50,935 nucleotides of DNA from Tubiluchus corallicola. Taxonomy: Eukaryota > Animalia > Priapulida. Under the pieces are notes generated by a model that worked only from the letters and a program-made list of their open reading frames with translations, was not told the DNA's origin and ran no database searches. The stretch lies in assembly GCA_030141605.1 (NCBI GenBank), contig JAQGDQ010002424.1:1-50935 (forward strand), given 5' to 3'. Shown piece after piece: positions 48,310 to 50,935 of this stretch; the stretch's first letter is position 1, and each line of letters starts with the position of its first letter. Position numbers and translations under genes: made by a program.

Positions 48310-48562
48310 TACTTATTACGATTTTAGGTGAAAAATTAAAAATTAAGACAAGTGCCTTACAGGTACAAATTTACAATAAAAATGTAAAAACACAACATTT
48401 TTATAGAATAACATATTAGCGGCATGACTCCAAAAAAATTATATTAAAATTTGACTTTAATCCATAAAATAAACCTAAATTATTTAACTGAGTAATAATT
48501 AAATTCCATAAAATAGTCTTAACTTTGTAATAAAGCAAAGATTCGAATAAAATCAAGGATAC

Positions 48563-50476
48563 TTGAAACCACAACGATTACATATCAAGCTTTTACTATT
48601 TTTCTCTGTTTTCTGCATATATCAAATTAGTTATGGACAAACCTGTGATATAGGTGGATTGCCAAGATTCTCTGTTAACTCAGAGGTAGGGTGTGCTACG
48701 TTTAATATTGAGGTTACTGACTTATCAGGCATTCCAAATGCTAATTATGAATATTATGGTGATGGCACGGGAAGCATTACAAGTAGTACACTAAACGCTT
48801 ACACTACAGCAGGAAATTATACTCTTACCCAAACAATATCTCAAGGCAATCCAAGGCAGTGTTCTATGGGTATACGAGTGGTAGAGAGTCTTGAACCTAA
48901 ATTTAGATTTTTTCGTTGTGAAAGCAACGATGTTATTATTTCATTCCCTGATGACTATTATCCACAATATCACATAGACTGGGGAGGAGGGAACACAGAC
49001 ATCATAGATGCTAATGGCTCTATACGAGTGGGCTATTTTAATGGTAGCGTTGTGGTTAAGGGAATAGTAAAAGTAGGACAAGGGATTGCAGAAAATTCTA
49101 ATAGCAACTGTGGAGCAAAAACTTATTCTATAGATTTAAGCCAACCTCTACCAACAGTCAATATTGCATCTATTGAAATAGTAGATAATAAAGATGTCAT
49201 TGTGCTATATAATAGTATGCCTTCATCTAATTATATTATAGAAAAACGTAATATAGATCAGCCGGCTTTTAGTACACTAGATACATTGGGCATGATAAAT
49301 AGTCATCAATACACCGCAAAAAATGTAGCTTCATTAGAAAAAATACAACTATTTAGAATTTCAATAGTCTACCCTTGCGAAGCAACTACTGTGCCACTGC
49401 AAGCAGTTCCAACTATCATTGCAAATGTATCTTCTTCAAGCACACAGGATACTATTTTTTGGGAAACAATGAACAGTCAATTTGTAAATTTTAGAGTTTA
49501 TAATAATGGGGAATTGATAGCTAACTTAGATAACAGCACAAGCCAATATGTTTATGATGATAGTAAAATGATATGCCAAAACAATGTAAATTATCAGGTG
49601 ATAGGAACTACCGTTAATAATATTGTCTCAAAATCTAATACTATCACCATAAGCCCTAATAGTAACTCTAGACCTAATCCAAGACCAATGGATCAAGTCG
49701 CTGCTTCTATTGAAAACAATGCTATAAAAATATTTTGGAGCGATCCACCAACCATTGCAAAGAACTACAACATATATCGCTCTGATAACAGTGGTGCTCT
49801 TGAACAAATAGCATCTATTCAGCCTGAAACCCAATATATAGATACTAATGTAGATGTAGAAAACACATTATATAGCTATAAGATAGAATTGGTTGATGAT
49901 TGTGAAAAAGTCCCTAATGAGCCTATTGCTGTTAGTCCTATATTTTTGAAAATGAACACCTATACTGGTAAGATAGAGTGGTCTTCATATGTTGGGCATG
50001 GAGGAGAGATTCAAGAGTATTATCTTGAAAAATATGATGAAAATTATAGTTACATAACAACTGTATATGCAGGGCAAAACACCTATCATTATGAAAATTG
50101 GGATGAGAGTGAAACTGGTATAGTTTATTACCGTATAAAAGGTCAGGTTGAAAATATAGAACAAAGGGTTTATTCTAATTTTTCTAGGATGATCTTCGAG
50201 GCAGAAATACACTGTCCCAATGCGTTCACTCCCAACGGAGATGGACTGAATGATACATTTTTTTGCAGAATAAAATCTGTAGAAAGTGGGAGCATGTGGA
50301 TATTTAATAGGTGGGGGCGTATTATATTTTATACAGATGACATAGTAAATGGCGCATGGGATGGCTATTGGGGAGATGATGTTGTTGCATCTGGCACTTA
50401 TACTTATAAAATTTCTTATATTGATAAATCAGGCATACCTCATGTCACATCAGGAAGCATAACAGTGATAAGGTAA
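48563..50476 (+). CDS. T9SS type-B CTD (gliding motility-associated C-terminal domain) protein with PKD/Fn3-like modules
   Basis: Signal peptide; YGDG..Y..AG.Y PKD-like; C-terminal PNAFTPNGDGLNDTF, IFNRWG, WDG, GTY.Y, G.ITVIR; TAACTTTG promoter at 48520-48527. Confidence 0.9.
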   Translation: MKPQRLHIKLLLFFSVFCIYQISYGQTCDIGGLPRFSVNSEVGCATFNIEVTDLSGIPNANYEYYGDGTGSITSSTLNAYTTAGNYTLTQTISQGNPRQCSMGIRVVESLEPKFRFFRCESNDVIISFPDDYYPQYHIDWGGGNTDIIDANGSIRVGYFNGSVVVKGIVKVGQGIAENSNSNCGAKTYSIDLSQPLPTVNIASIEIVDNKDVIVLYNSMPSSNYIIEKRNIDQPAFSTLDTLGMINSHQYTAKNVASLEKIQLFRISIVYPCEATTVPLQAVPTIIANVSSSSTQDTIFWETMNSQFVNFRVYNNGELIANLDNSTSQYVYDDSKMICQNNVNYQVIGTTVNNIVSKSNTITISPNSNSRPNPRPMDQVAASIENNAIKIFWSDPPTIAKNYNIYRSDNSGALEQIASIQPETQYIDTNVDVENTLYSYKIELVDDCEKVPNEPIAVSPIFLKMNTYTGKIEWSSYVGHGGEIQEYYLEKYDENYSYITTVYAGQNTYHYENWDESETGIVYYRIKGQVENIEQRVYSNFSRMIFEAEIHCPNAFTPNGDGLNDTFFCRIKSVESGSMWIFNRWGRIIFYTDDIVNGAWDGYWGDDVVASGTYTYKISYIDKSGIPHVTSGSITVIR

Positions 50477-50507
50477 AAGTAGTCACATATAAAATTTGCC
50501 TAAAGCT

Positions 50508-50603
50508 CTAATAAATTTCTATCTTATCAAGTTGCAAAACAACGGTATCTCTTTTTGCTTTGAATTTTTCAACATGCTTAGTTTTTATAGATTTGCTGTT
50601 GCT
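50508..50603 (-). other. Orphan 3' end of a gene cut off at the 50603/50604 junction
   Basis: Open frame SNSKSIKTKHVEKFKAKRDTVVLQLDKIEIY* running from the junction to TAG at 50508. Confidence 0.45.
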
Positions 50604-50935
50604 GACACCCCTAACTTGGTAACAGGAATGGTTAGGGAAAACGGCGTAGCAAAAACTGGGCTTGCGGGCATTTTTGCTTACAGGTATGGTAACAGTTTTT
50701 ATTTATGCTAAACTGTGGCGCCGCTCAGAAGTAATGACAGATTTGGAGTTTTATGAGATAAGATATAGCGGTAAAATTGCTTCTTTCTTAAGGATATTTA
50801 GAGCCATATACTTAGGCATATTTTTTAATTGCCTCATTATGGCAACAGTATCGTTGGCAGCTATTAAAATTGGAGCTATTATGTTTGGAATTGAACCATG
50901 GATAAGTGTTGTAGGAGCTTCGATTGTAGTAGTGG
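50604..50935 (+). repeat. Inverted near-identical copy of 45410-45742 (internal part of the SSS gene), continuing past the window edge
   Basis: Reverse complement matches base for base apart from a few indels and one substitution in the first ~110 bp. Confidence 0.95.

Noticed and set aside
421-50212. Numerous 60-160 aa ORFs antisense to or nested in identified genes
   Set aside because: Shadow frames of well-supported genes with no independent motifs
50496-50711. Novel 71-aa fusion protein
   Set aside because: Product of reading across the inversion junction into a frameshifted SSS fragment

Overview
AT-rich chromosomal segment of a Bacteroidota bacterium, probably Cytophagales. This assignment rests on gldJ, gldE, a T9SS type-B CTD protein, a long Bacteroidota-type SecA and NagB, and many TAnnTTTG promoters. 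It is mostly housekeeping DNA: prfA, prmC, secA, asnS, thrS-infC-rpmI-rplT, rpsU, purN, ribD, rnhB, nfo, recQ, degP-like, groES-like, a nagB-sodium:solute symporter pair and four tRNAs (Val-TAC, Leu-TAA, Gly-GCC, Phe-GAA). No CRISPR, integrase, transposase or phage genes were seen. The best candidate for something undescribed is the 830-bp gap at 1625-2457. It holds two copies of an 18-mer (TAACTGATGAAAGAGAGA), each just after a promoter-like octamer and each closing a long-range stem. It also holds a consensus promoter on the opposite strand with no protein gene to serve, a 15-bp hairpin, and a 23-codon hydrophobic ORF whose start codon is base-paired. This suggests a paired ncRNA / antisense (type I toxin-antitoxin-like) locus. 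A second candidate is an unannotated 55-aa membrane, Cys-rich ORF ending 1 nt before secA. Sequence quality is a real caveat: nine loci show homopolymer frameshifts, lone TAG codons (including essential thrS) or abrupt truncation, and the window ends in an inverted copy of an internal region. This is more typical of error-prone or chimeric assembly than of biology. All calls are by eye; no searches or folding were run.
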